From Macrostomum lignano (Eukaryota): a stretch of DNA of 64,000 nt. How positions within the stretch are numbered: the first letter of the stretch is position 1; every line of letters starts with the position of its first letter. The notes under the pieces were generated by a model, which saw only the letters and a list, made by a program, of their open reading frames with translations, was not told where the DNA came from and made no database searches. A program made the position numbers and the translations under genes. Shown here in pieces: positions 10,223-26,786 of this stretch. Where the stretch lies: assembly GCA_002269645.1 (NCBI GenBank), contig NIVC01000845.1:310001-374000 (forward strand), read 5' to 3'.

Positions 10223-10539
10223 TAAGGTATTTCTCTTTGTACGCGGTTTGGGGAACCCAACACTGTACACTGGGTAGGTTAGAATGGGCGCTAGCTGGGG
10301 GCCTCTATGTGTGTATACACGGGGGTTAAAAGACCAATTCTGATAGCTCGCTCCTAGGGAGGAAATTGGCAGAGGGGCCGGCCCAAAAAACTGAAATGGG
10401 CTGGCCCCGGGCTCGAGTCCACCCACCTAAAATATGGAGGGTCATTACAACCTAATGACTCGAAATACTTTCAACGCAATTGTACCTATAAGAGGGTTAG
10501 GGCGGCGGCGGCGGTGGCGAAAACGGGCGGCTAAAACCT

Positions 10540-11430
10540 CCCTTTTGGGATTTCCCCGAACCGCTTTTGTTTAATATTTATGCACCTGCGGGTTAGACAA
10601 TATTTACTCTTTAGTCGGTGCGACATTATTTACGCGTCTGTTGCACCTGGGCGTTTGCCTATAATCTGATTATACATGCGTGCCTGTATTATACAACTAC
10701 ACCTTATGCATGCCTTGTAAACCTGCTTTATACATTAATCCGATATGTATCGAAAGTACACTTTGTAAACCTGCTGTGTGTATTTCCACCTATGTAGCGC
10801 CTACAGTACCTGCTTTGTCTATTTCTGCCCATACACCTACATTGTGTGTTTTTGCTGCTCATATGCTCCAATATGTACATTTTAATATGCAATATGCGTC
10901 ATTATTCACCTACCAATATGTTTTATCTACATTTTTATGTAAATATACTCAATTTCACCTACTATAAGTAGTTTTCACTAGCCTAATATCGTTGACTACA
11001 TATCGGGAGAGTGGTAGAGTGTACATATCGGTAGAGTGTACACTCGGGGTGCCTGCGGCTCGGTAGAGTGTACACTCGGGGTGCCTGCGGCATGGGCGTC
11101 TGCGGCATGGGCGTCTGCGGCATGGGCGCCTACGGCTCGGGAGGGTGCGCCTGCGGCTCGGGAGGGTGTACATATCGGGGTACACATCGGTAGGGTGGGC
11201 ATACATATCGGTAGGTGCGCCTGCGGCTGGGGAGGGTCGCCGGTGGCTGGGGAGGGTCGCCTGCGGCTGGACGGCGCTTGGCGCCACGCGCCTGCGGCGC
11301 GCGCGCGCCGAGCGCCGATATCGATACGGGTATCGATCACCTAGTGATCGGGGCGCCAGCCAATGAGAGGCGAGGAGGGTTGACACCCACCTCACCTCCA
11401 AAATCGCGCCATACGGAATCCCTTAGTAGT
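10540..11430 (-). repeat. Right terminal inverted repeat (~891 bp)
   Basis: Reverse complement of the left TIR; the ORF track shows mirrored identical peptides (2458-2745 and 10680-10967). Confidence 0.92.
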
Positions 11431-14035
11431 CTCCTCTGACGAGAGCGACATTCGAGTTCGAGATGATGTGGTGTCTTATCTGTCCTTTTGCGATTCCCGT
11501 ATCGATGATGAGCCAAAAGTAGTTCTGCTGCATCACCAGTGACGCGTTTGCGTGATCAAGAATTGCGAAGACGTTAGCTGGTTCGGCCAGCACCAACATG
11601 TGGAACACCTTCTTCTTCAGAAGTCGAGTCATGTGAGCGTTGAGGTCGGTGACCAGAGCTCCGCTATTTGTGTCCACTTGGAATGTGAGCGAGCTGATTC
11701 CGTGTTTCGTAAACGAGTTTTGCAAGTCCTGCAACACCATGATACCTGAAAATCAGTTTAGTGAGCTTATATGAATATGAGCTATGTCAGATAATTTAGT
11801 ATCTGATTCTCATCATTGAGTACTCACTCTGCTTGCTGTCAAAGAATATGACGACCTCGGATGCAGACTTCGCAGCCATTGTCTTCACTGCAGCATTGAC
11901 CATGTGTAAGGGTTCGTGCATTCCGAAGACACTGTAGTCTGAAGTGAACCCGATTTTCATTTGGGCTTTTGAGATCAAGTACTCCTAGCTTAAGGACTGC
12001 ACAGACTTACCCGTTGACGAATATTGTTCTTTGCAGATGCCAGATGGAAGCGAGATGAGTGGCAGCTGCATCGTCTTTGTGGCTGCCGAAATCTGCATCA
12101 GTGTACTGCACTGACCGACGGCAATCACGCCTGATAGTCCAGTCTGCTCACACACTGTGGGTGGGCCATGCAGTTGGACAGGCAACAGTCAGACAGTAAA
12201 GACACATAATACAAGGCAGACTGGCTCACTTACTTGACTTGACGATTTGAGTAGCACTGCAGGAAGTGGCGTTGATCTCGACAAAGCTGATGCTGTGACC
12301 CGCCAACACCCGCCAGTTCGAGCTGACTCGGTGGCTGAACGCGTTGACAACGAGAGAGCGATTCACGGCGCCGTTCTCGACGACCACGGCCACTTTGAAG
12401 TTCAAGGACAGCGAATGCGTAATGCATTGCAGAAAAAACAGGGCAAAAGTTAACCAGGCCATGTCGGTTTCAAATAGGGATGAAAGAGTTTTTGTTGTTT
12501 TTTCTTGCAGTTGCGTCCGCATTCGGCACTCCTTTATACCACTCTGCTGTGATCTTTTTTTGTAATTGAAAAATTGATTAAGAAGATTTAGCATCTTAGC
12601 AACCGAACAACAACTTTCTCTATGAATTTTCTTCAATGTGCTTTGATCTTCTCTTTGGGTTAAATTTCTCCCTTCAAACTTGCAGATCGATGAACTTTAC
12701 TCAGTGAAGCTTTTCAGTTCAGGTTGCAGGGAGCACGAGAATGAAATTTTTGTTTAAGGCCGAGCATTCTTCACTCAGTATTTAATAGTTTCAGTTTTCA
12801 TTTTGTAACGCGATGCGTTTGGCGGAGCTCAGTTTGCCATTGGGAGCTTTGTTAGAGATGTCATGCAAGAGAAGCCGCATTCAGTTTGTCTAAGCTTTGA
12901 CGAGTATTGATTGAAACAGTCAAATGAAAATTTGTTCGCCGTCTCTTGTCAAGCACTTAATTTAAGTGAAAATTTGAGGAAATGTAATTCTAACATTCTA
13001 ACTGCTTGCTGTTCTATAAAGATTGAGGACTTGATGGACTATCGCTTGATTCAAGCGAACCGTGATCCAGCCACGTCTATTGTGTGATTTCAAGCCAATC
13101 GGACTGAGCCTTCATTTCATTGCTGTCTTCAACTCACCCACGTCTCTAAATCCTGTTCTGCTTCCCTTTCTCTACGAATGCACTTTTCTTTGTGTTTTTA
13201 CCTGTATTCTTGCATCCCTGCTTGGATTCAAAAAAATTTTTGCATCCATCTTGGTTGCCCTTGAGTAGGCGAGACGCCACCCTGGAGTGGACAGTGTCTG
13301 CTCAATGGGTAAAAGTTTTCATTCTCGATCATTATAGCGAGTAAATACGAGTATTGCAACGCAGATTGTACGGTAGTCTGCCGCTTGTGTTAGTATAAAA
13401 ATCGAACAGCACAACGAACAAAGATACTCCCTATACTTAGAATGTCTCTCGATGCTTGTAGCTCTTGTGACTTGGTAGACGTTGGAAGAACTTCTCCTAA
13501 ACAAAAACTTATACCAGAAAATTCCACTCAGTTTCCGGGGAACTTTATGGACCTAGCGAGGGCTTCATGCTTCAAGTGTTCATCAAATATGAATACCTTC
13601 AGAATCATTGTTGCTGCTTTTAAAGCATTTTAAGCAAAGCACAAAAAATCTAGCTAATAATATAAAAAAGGTCGGTTAGTAGCAGGGAGGCGACAGGATG
13701 AAGGCTCAATACAAAGCGACCCCGGAGCACGTGCCATTGCACACACAGGAATATGTACTAAGACCTAGAATCTTAGATTGCGTGGCAGCAGGTTTTGAAG
13801 CCCGGTCGAACCAAGGTAATTCCACGGCAACTGAACACCATGGTAGTTCCGATCGAACTGGGTTTTGGGACACCCCTCGTATATAAGTTAGAGAGAATTA
13901 TCATTACAAACATATTCGAATAACTTGAAAAACTAATAGCATAGACATTTTGAGGTCAATCTGAGAGATGCGAAGAAGGTCTATGGTAATAGCTATTCCC
14001 ATCCGACTTGCTAGGGTGGGCAGAAGCGTTTTTTT

Positions 14036-14432
14036 CATGGATGAAGGAATAGAAAGGATCGCTCATCTGAAAGCGAGTCTATGGCTAAAACCTCCTAAAA
14101 ATTGGGATATTCCCCCCCATAAATTTCATTGGCTGCTGGAATTTAATAATAGTCCCCCCTAAGTTCTTAATGGCTGAAGCTTGTACGCGGGGGGAAATGC
14201 TAATTTCTTTCCCTTAAGCCGTCGTGGCCCAGAGGAAGTTAAAGATGTCTAACGTTAATCGTGACTTTGGAATTTCCCTCGCGTACAAGCTTTAGCCATT
14301 AAGAACTTAGAGGGCGACTATTATTAAATTCCATCAGCCAATGAAATTTATGGGGGGATATCCCAATTTTTAGGAGGTTTTGGCCATAGACTCGCTTTCA
14401 GATGAGCGATCGTTTCTATTCCTTCATCCATG
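14036..14432. mobile_element. MITE-like foldback element (~150-bp inverted arms, ~90-bp spacer)
   Basis: CATGGATGAAGGAATAGAAAGGATCGCTCATCTGAAAGCGAGTCTATGGC... is mirrored by ...GCCATAGACTCGCTTTCAGATGAGCGATCGTTTCTATTCCTTCATCCATG. TSD is ambiguous (AT or CATG). Confidence 0.75.
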
Positions 14433-16281
14433 GTTTTTTCACTGCCCGGTACCAAAATTCCATGGGTTGAAATGTGGCGGGAGCTTCGCCCCACACCCCC
14501 ACTTTCTCCCGCTCTTTCATAGAAATATTCAAATATGCAACAAATATTCTTACAGGCCTTGAGTTCATTTCTAAGAAAATCTGGTGTAAGGTCCTTCTAC
14601 TTTAGCTGACATGGCTGGCATTAGTACTATCGACCTAACGGATATGAAGTCACGCGTAAGAAAAGGCTGGTTTCTTAGGAAATCGGTCGATAACATTTTG
14701 TGCCATGCTAAAGTCAAATGTCATCTAAAGCTAATTTCTCGACTTACCTTGCTTCATTTATGTCGAATAATTCTTCAAAATTGATTCTCGATCTCTTTTG
14801 AAAGCGGATAATTTTTTTCTACAGTAGAATTCACGAAAGATTTCGGATTTTTATCGTTATTAAAGCAGTTGAAGTCTTATAGCTCTAAGGAATCAAAGAC
14901 TGCCCTGAGGGAAAAACTCTTAAAAACGATGATTTGACCACGCAGATTGGCAACATTAAGAGTCGAAATATTCGATCTAAAATGTTAAATTGTACTTTCT
15001 TTAGAGCCAAAAATTTTGAGAAGACTTGACTAACGTGTCTGCTTCTCGTCGACGACTCAGCAACCCTCCTAGCTGCCAGTAGACAAATGCTACCGGAGAC
15101 TGGGTATTGAGCAAAGTTCAAGGCAAATTTATGTTCTTCCAAATCTCTGTAATGTATTCTTTCTGGGTGGATTTTTTCGACCGACATGTCTATAGTAGAA
15201 CCACATTTCACGATGTGCAAGACGGATATCTGTGAGCAATCCGTTTACAGAGCACAACAGCATCTTGCATTTTTGTCGTTCTTCAATAACTCTTTTTCTT
15301 AATTACATCTATATCAACCTGTGGATCAACCTTGGACCAAGCGCATATTTGCGACATTTGCAGGTCTCAAGTGCAGAGTGTGAGATATTGTCAATTCGAT
15401 GCTAAAAAACCTGAAAGCAAATCTCCATCTCGACAATGCATTTTTCACCGAGAACCAGCCTCCAGTGAGATTTTCGCGATTTACGAGCATTGTCCGTGTG
15501 ATCACAAGCTGTTAAACTCAAATTAAGTTGTTAGTAACTTCGGAAAAGCGTAAAAAGTTAAATTGACTGCAGGATTAAACTTTAGGATTGCTATGTGTTA
15601 ATGCATTTTATATTTTGATGCGTCAGGCTACAAATATACGAGTAATAAAGCACTGGTGCATTGTCTACGTGTGTGTGAGAAGCAGTGTAGTAAGTTAACA
15701 TGTAGTTATAGTCAATGCATATAGTTGATAAGAGGGTGAGACTAGATTGAGAATAAAAAGTCATGTGGATATTGTGCTACGCTTTGTGTAAGGCAGACTG
15801 TGCGCGAGCCTGTTGGCTAGAAGTTAGGGTAAGAACGGTAACTTTTACTGACTCTTGCTGTGGCCTATCATGGAGTGTGTTCTAAATTAGTTAAATAATA
15901 TTTTTGCTCAATACTATATTAGGCAGACCTCTTAATTTGTTTCAATTCTTTGAATTGTGCGTCCGCTTAGATTATTTTTGCCTCACCATCTACCACATAC
16001 TCAATATATGCGAACGAAACCAGGGACGTTTTCATTGGTTCCAAGCTTTAGTCCATGACAAAACCGATAGGTACAGTACGACGCCCTATTTCAAAATCCG
16101 ATAGTAAGCCTTACTAAATGAGAATACGCTACAGAACCTTACTTTGCACGGCACAATTTGCGACTGGCCCATGCTTCGTGCTGTGCAAAGATCTATGAAT
16201 AAAAACGTGCTTTATAATCATAAAAATTACTCTGGGCAGTATTATAGCTGCCATGGTATTCATCAAAGTCTTTAAATCGGT

Positions 16282-19200
16282 TTAGTAAAACAGGCAGTCA
16301 GCCGGTGTCCGATTCAGTGCCTTCGTCCAGGCCAGCTCGAACACTAAAATAAACAGGCCGATGACGTAGCAGGCGAGGGAGACAATGAAGCAGCCACCGA
16401 CCCCCTCCAAGTCGATCGGGTCGGCACTGGCTGATGAGCCCGTGGTGCAGACAGAGTCGCTAGACCAATACTTTTTGAATAGCTTGTCCATCACGCCGTT
16501 CTCTTGCATCTTCTCAAAACTGTGAATTGTTGTTCGAATTTAAACAGCTCCAGACGGTAATAGAAGTTATATGGGAGGTGTAAGGTTGTTATGGGTAGCT
16601 ACTCTCATTCTGTATTTCTGCTGCAGCTCGGAGCTGCTACCCAATAACAGGAGTGTGAACTGGAGCTCAGCTAAATTTTTTACTCACTAGAAGTCAAACA
16701 GCTCGGCAAAATAGGCGTCTCTGGGATAGGCAAAAGCAACGGTGGCCGTATTAAAAATCTCGTCAGCCATGTACACCTGACTGCAGTTGGCCCCGGCTGT
16801 GTACAATATGACAGTGTAGTCGGTTATGCAGGCCACTGGTTCGGTGAACACCTGCACAGTTTAGTAATCGGAATGTATCGATTCATTTCTGTAGAATTCA
16901 TTCTACTACGAGCGTATGTCTAATCCAGTTTAGTTCAGTTAGTGGGCCCAACGTATCGATCTTTCGAAACTTTATCGAAGTTGTCTAAGACAATAGACAG
17001 ACTCACCCGTTCCGCGCACTGTGGAATGCTGTCAGCGTCAATCATCTGATCAGCCACCTGTCTGTAAACGCCTGTTTTCGTAGACTGCAATAGGGTGTAG
17101 ATGTTTGTGCCAGCTGGGACCAGTGGTTTCAGAGCCGTCTGAGCCACCAAGTCGTCCAACGTTTTAATAGGAAATTTGGTCACGGTGATGGTGAGATGGG
17201 CCGTGAGATCGCCTGAAGGTGTCAGATCAGTTATTAAATCTTGGCTGCATGTGACTAATACATAGGCTTTTACTGCTTCTACTCAATTTTACTGTCTCAC
17301 CCGTGTAAGTTCCATAAATGATCACGGTGAACATCCACCAGAAGGCCAGCACAGCTCTTGGAGACATGGCAAACGGATAAAAGTCCTGACCCTGCTGCAT
17401 GAAGCTGCCAACTATACTCCAAATGTACTCCTGCAGCCAGATCTCATCAGCAATGGCGAACTCCAGTCTCAGGTTGTAGGCAGTGAATGGAGAGAAATAG
17501 GCCAGCACCCAGGTAACTGCGGCGGAGACAAAAATGGATGCCACGATGAGAATCCACACATCGTAGTTAAATGGAGTGAAGACGTTCCACAGTTTCGAAC
17601 CCGCGGGAGGTCGCGGCACCAGAATAGCGTTGGCCTCTTGGAAGAGAGCTCTTCCAAAGCCGATGTGAAACTCCCGCTCGCTGGTCTTTGTGAATGGCCC
17701 GGCTCCGAATTCCACCAACTGGAATTTATGGAATTAGCATCAAATTTAACTTCCGATTTTTGTTACTGTTCCGGCGTTTTTGGACGTACGCTCAAAATAA
17801 TATGAGTACCCTAAAAAGTATTGGCAGCTGAAGGCTTAGGTACTGGCTACCAGAGTTTTACATCCGCTTACTCCTTTCTGAATCTCGCCAACGCAGCCGG
17901 TGAAGTACTCGTTTCCCGGATGAAGGGCGCCCCACTGACCATCATCTGGAGCCTTCGCAACATACCTAAAAGCAAAAGCTTCATGATACATTCAGGTACG
18001 CCAATGATACGAAACAATTGCCGAACTTTAGAAAAAAAATACCTAAAATCGAGCTTCTCGCCAAGAATTTTCATAACATCTAGAAGCATTCCCCCAACTG
18101 TTACAGTCTTGTTTGGGTAGATGGATGCGTATGTCGTAAATGGAGGAATCTGAAATTATATTTTGGAACATTTAAATAGTTTCAATTGCACAGCTATCAA
18201 ACGATATGACAAAAATATTGTATGACAAACGTACATCGGGGCTGCATACAAGCAGGGTTCGATTCTTAAATCCCAGGAATGTGTTGGGGAACACGAGGCT
18301 CACGCCCTTCTCTCTGAACAAAACGCTTAGCGCTCCACTCTGGGTGTTGTGCATTCCCGACTGAATGAACTGAATAGGTGATGACAGTTTCTGGTTGAAG
18401 CTGCCCACCACTTCGATGCCCTGCGAGTCGAAGTGACCGGTGGTCGAGTTGAACGAGATCACTCCTCGGTTCGAGTTGTAGCCGGACATCTGTTATTACA
18501 TTTCGGTGGTTAGGAGAGTACGTCTGCATTCGATAGTAGGCGTAAAAAGCAACTCCGATTTTTAAAGCACTCAACTCACGCTTGTCAGCTTCGAATAGAC
18601 GGACGGCCCCGAGCTCCACACCTGCAGAGGATTGCAGGCAGCGTTGCTGACATTGAACGTCGACTCAGTGACCGCATCGTTCAGTGCCTTCGCCAGAGCC
18701 TCGACTGCATCAACGAATCGAGTGTCCAGTGTCTGCAATTGTCAGAATTTTCAGAATTTCAGCGTTGCAGTTTTCACATCGACCATTTTCATAGCTCGCA
18801 GCTATGCTCAACCGTTTCACTGCTCACTCGGATCCAGTCTGTGTCGCAGCTGTCGAACACGTCTCGCACAGGAGCGGAACATGATCCGGGAACGTTGATT
18901 CCCGTTGTGCCTCCTCTGACGAGAGCGACATTCGAGTTCGAGATGATGTGGTGTCTTATCTGTCCTTTTGCGATTCCCGTATCGATGATGAGCCAAAAGT
19001 AGTTCTGCTGCATCACCAGTGACGCGTTTGCGTGATCAAGAATTGCGAAGACGTTAGCTGGTTCGGCCAGCACCAACATGTGGAACACCTTCTTCTTCAG
19101 AAGTCGAGTCATGTGAGCGTTGAGGTCGGTGACCAGAGCTCCGCTATTTGTGTCCACTTGGAATGTGAGCGAGCTGATTCCGTGTTTCGTAAACGAGTTT

Positions 19201-19972
19201 TGCAAGTCTTGCAACACCATGATACCTGAAAATCAGTTTAGTGAGCTGATATGAATATGAGCTATGTCAGATAATTTAGTATCTGATTCTCATCATTGAG
19301 TACTCACGCTGCTTGCTGTCAAAGAATATGACGACCTCGGATGCAGACTTCGCAGCCATTGTCTTCACTGCAGCATTGACCATGTGTAAGGGATCGTGCA
19401 TTCCGAAGACACTGTAGTCTGAATTGAACCCGATTTTCATTAGGATTCGAATCGCATTCGTGATTTTTGATATCAAGTACTCCTAGGTTAAGGACTGCAC
19501 AGACTTACCCGTTGACGAATATTGTTCTTTGCAGATCCCAGATGGAAGCGAGATGAGTGGCAGCTGCATCGTCTTTGTGGCTGCCGAAATCTGCATCAGT
19601 GTACTGCACTGACCGACGGCAATCACGCCTGATAGTCCAGTCTGCTCACACACTGTGGGCGGGCCATGCAGTTGGACAGGCAACAGTCAGACAGTAAAGA
19701 CACATAATACAAGGCAGACTGGCTCACTTACTTGACTTGACGATTTGAGTAGCACTGCAGGAAGTGGCGTTGATCTCGACAAAGCTGATGCTGTGACCCG
19801 CCAACACCCGCCAGTTCGAGCTGACTCGGTGGCTGAACGCGTTGACAATGAGAGAGCGATTCACGGCCCCGTTGTTCTCGACGACCACGGCCACTTTGAA
19901 GTTCAAGGACAGCGAATGCGCAACACATTGCAGCAGGATAAAGTGCAGAAGAAATCGCATTACTCGATGCAT
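16282..19972 (-). CDS. Ionotropic glutamate receptor-like gene, copy B (multi-exon, apparently complete)
   Basis: Signal peptide MHRVMRFLLHFILLQC; ATD exons; S1 PFTKTSEREFHIGF; M1; pore SFMQQG; M3 TYTGDLTAHLT; S2; M4 GGCFIVSLACY; stop at 16282. Confidence 0.88.
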
Positions 19973-21074
19973 TTCACGGCTTTGGATGAGGCACAGCTAC
20001 AATCTGATTTTCCATTTATTTTCCAGAGAATCTCTCGCTACTTTTATAGTTTCTTCCATCTTTGCCCCACCAATAACGCAGCGGCATTTGTAGGGATGCT
20101 CTCAGAAATCTGATCAGCTACTGTTTTCATTTGTAGCTGGTCAAGCGGAACGTGCGCGTCTCTTGTGTTTCCTTCGTACTCGCTATTGACCCACTACCTA
20201 AATGCGCAATGTAGGACACGCACACGCACTGTAGCCAAGGTGTGTGTTTACACAAAAAATATTTGTCTTAGGTATCGTATTTAATTAGTAAAAAAAGGTG
20301 TTTAGCCACTCAGATTTCAATTGTTAGTGGTCGGGTTTTTCTAATTGGCTATTAAAAAATTCTTCTGCTAATCTGCTCTATTTTGATTCACCGGTCATCC
20401 GGTAATTTAAGAAATTCTAGAGCTTAATATAACACTACCATAGAATTATAACAATGCTGGAAATGCTGAAGTCCATCACCAGCAGCATACCCGAATTGAG
20501 AGCAATGAAGCGAATACGAAAACAGAGGGATTTAAAAGTACAAAAACAACTCTTATTTCGCCTCCAAATAGACTAAACTTAAATCGTGTACAAATGGATG
20601 GGTTCGAGTGATCAATATGTTTTGGAAAAATAAAGGCCTGAAATGCAGTGAAAAATGAAAAAAGCATACAGAAGTTGTTTAGGGATTTTTATTGATTAAA
20701 AGTCAAGCTAATTATGACACGAGAAGTGACACCTAGACAAGTTTTATGGGCATTTCGGGAGGCGTTGAAGGTGCCTTGCGTAAGCCATACCGTATTGGCC
20801 GCTCTTCCATAGAATATCCTACTCTACCCAAGGTGCAATAACCCAGATTTTTATTCCTCACTATTTCGCTTCACTCCTACATCGGATTGCAGCTATAAGA
20901 CTACTTACAGTACTACTTACTGCTAGATTTAGTTGTTCGTAGTAATAGTATCGAAGCGGTGCTTTTAGGCACGCAGGGATCAAACAACCACTAGGTTCCC
21001 GACGATATCTCGTGGTTCTTCGGGAACCAACGGCCAATGAAACACTGGGGTAAGTGCAAGCCCGGCCGCACGTC

Positions 21075-21230
21075 GGGTGGGTTTCACAAACGCGAAATTT
21101 CATAACCGCTAAAAGCATTTGCTTTCATAAACGTGAAACTTCACAACCGCGAAACTTCACAACCGCGAAACTTCACAATCGCTAGATCACCTACTTTCAT
21201 AAGCGCTAAATTTCATAAACGCGAAACGAC
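21075..21230. repeat. Degenerate 16-17-bp tandem repeat (CGCGAAACTTCACAAC)
   Basis: About 7 imperfect copies of GCGAAA(C/T)TTCA(C/T)AA. Confidence 0.7.
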
Positions 21231-22953
21231 GGAAAGAGAACTGATGCGCACCTCGGCAGGAAAGTCGGCGATAGGTTCGCCCGGCTGACGCGGCCGCAGC
21301 TGTAAAACCAACGTCCCCGAGCAAGATCCCGGACGTTGCGGAATCAAAATGATTTTTTTCAAAATTTGCAGATCGTAGCGTAGTCAGACTTGGCTGGCGA
21401 TCAGCTGGTAGGTCTTCCTGTCGCAGACGCTTAGATGGGCCGCATTCTGCTTTCAGGTTTGGTGTCATTCGCCTGGAAGAGCTGCTCCAATCTGGCTTGA
21501 TGCTGCTGCCATTTTTCGCAAGATGCTCACGACTCGTAGCCACTTTAAAGACTTCAGTTTAGATTGCAGAACCCAATAACGCTTGATACGAAATGGCAAG
21601 TGACTGTGGTTTATATATTGTTATTGATTAGCAGGATACATTGACACGAAGAGACAGGACGGAGACTTAGGGGTGCGGATGAGAAAGAGCGGCCAGAATG
21701 AAATGTGCAGCGAATAGGAAGGCGCACGTCAGGGAAAAAACAGCACCTGCCAAATACACTAAAGAATCATTGTCGACTTCGACATCGATATCGCCCATCG
21801 AATCCAGGAAAGGCAGAAGCAGACGGCGGCTTACTCAGACCAGCAGCGAGGACCTGGAATCAGCAGTGGCTTGTACGCTTGTACCAACTGCGTTGCGACC
21901 GAGCTCCGAGCCATCGAGGTCAACCGAGCTGGTCCCAGTCGTAGACATCCAAAAGCAACAAGCGGTCCAAGAGCCAGTTGAAGTACAAGCCGAGCCACCA
22001 CTGCGTCGGTCCATCGACCACGCCGACCAGTTCAACGCTATGGCGCACGACCTTGGGCATGTGGCACGGCTTGCAAAGCCAGGCCTGAGAGCGCGCCGCG
22101 GGTCCAGTCCGATCGGGGTTACCGGCCGGCCGGCCAGCCACCCACCAACCGGCTTAAGTGGGGTAGGACTGACCATAAGTAAAACTGTATTTCAGATCTT
22201 CTCTCTTCTTCTCTTCTTCTCTCCGCTCACCGCCTTTGATTCAACTCCCGACCGCTTTACCATCTATTTCAGCCATATGCCGCGCTTTGAAGCGCATTGA
22301 TTCTGCCCCGGCCCGTTTGTTTACTTCCCCTGCCCGATCGCAATAACCTTGCCGGCGTAACGATCCGGAGCGGTTTGACAGAGTATCTTTGCCGGCAAGC
22401 GCCGTCTAGAAAGGAGCTCACGAGTTAAGAGAAAGCCGAGCATCGGATATTATTCGAAACCTATGTTTTACGTAACCTTCTACAAGTTCTAGAATGTCTT
22501 ATAAGACTGGAAACTCCTGAATGAAACGGTGCAGTTTACCAGGAAAATGATTCAATAGCCAATTAAAAAACCCTCGTCACTAACGATTAAAATCTGAGAG
22601 GCTAAACATCAAGTAAAAAAAGATTATTAGTGATCAACTACACTTATCAGAGATCAAACAGATCAAATAATTATCTAGGGAAAATATGAGTCAATACCTT
22701 GAGTCAATAGTAAGTACGAAGGCTTAAAGAAAATCAATCGGAAGTCAAAGAGAGAGTCCAATTTTTGCGTTCCGCTTGAAGAGATAAGAAGAAAAGCAGT
22801 AGCTGATCAATCAGATATCTGAGAGCTTGTCAACAAATGCCAGTTCCTTATTGGTGGAGATGAGAAAGGAGAGCACTATAAAAGCTGCAAGAGATTCTCT
22901 GCAAAGTAAATGGAAAATCAGATTGTAGCTGTGCCTCATCCAAAGCCGTCAAA

Positions 22954-26786
<3,833 letters not shown>

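Larger units (their letters stand above)
2051..11430. mobile_element. Polinton/Maverick-related self-synthesizing element, reduced 9,380-bp form (pPolB + PC4-like + orphan; no integrase or capsid genes)
   Basis: Long TIRs starting ACTACTAAGGGATTCC and ending GGAATCCCTTAGTAGT. 6-bp TSD CTCCTC (2045-2050 and 11431-11436). Empty sites with a single CTCCTC are present in paralogs B (18911-18916) and C (GAGGAG, 24013-24018). Contains a protein-primed family-B polymerase. Confidence 0.93.
1..12462 (-). pseudogene. Ionotropic glutamate receptor-like gene, copy A; interrupted in an ATD-coding exon by the 9.4-kb element; 3' end lies beyond the window start
   Basis: Start MAWLTFALFFLQCITHSLSL (ATG at 12462). 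Exons are near-identical to copies B and C (ATD; S1 RDSVVDFSTPLFQ; M1-pore-M3 SFMQQG...TYTG). The exon ...NVALVRG|GTTGINVPG is split at 2050/11431 by the insertion. Confidence 0.88.

Noticed and set aside
14885-15526. Short ORFs in the A-B intergenic region
   Set aside because: No motifs, splice support or paralogy.
20788-20810. TACCGTA, resembling a Tc2/pogo-type terminus
   Set aside because: No matching inverted end nearby.
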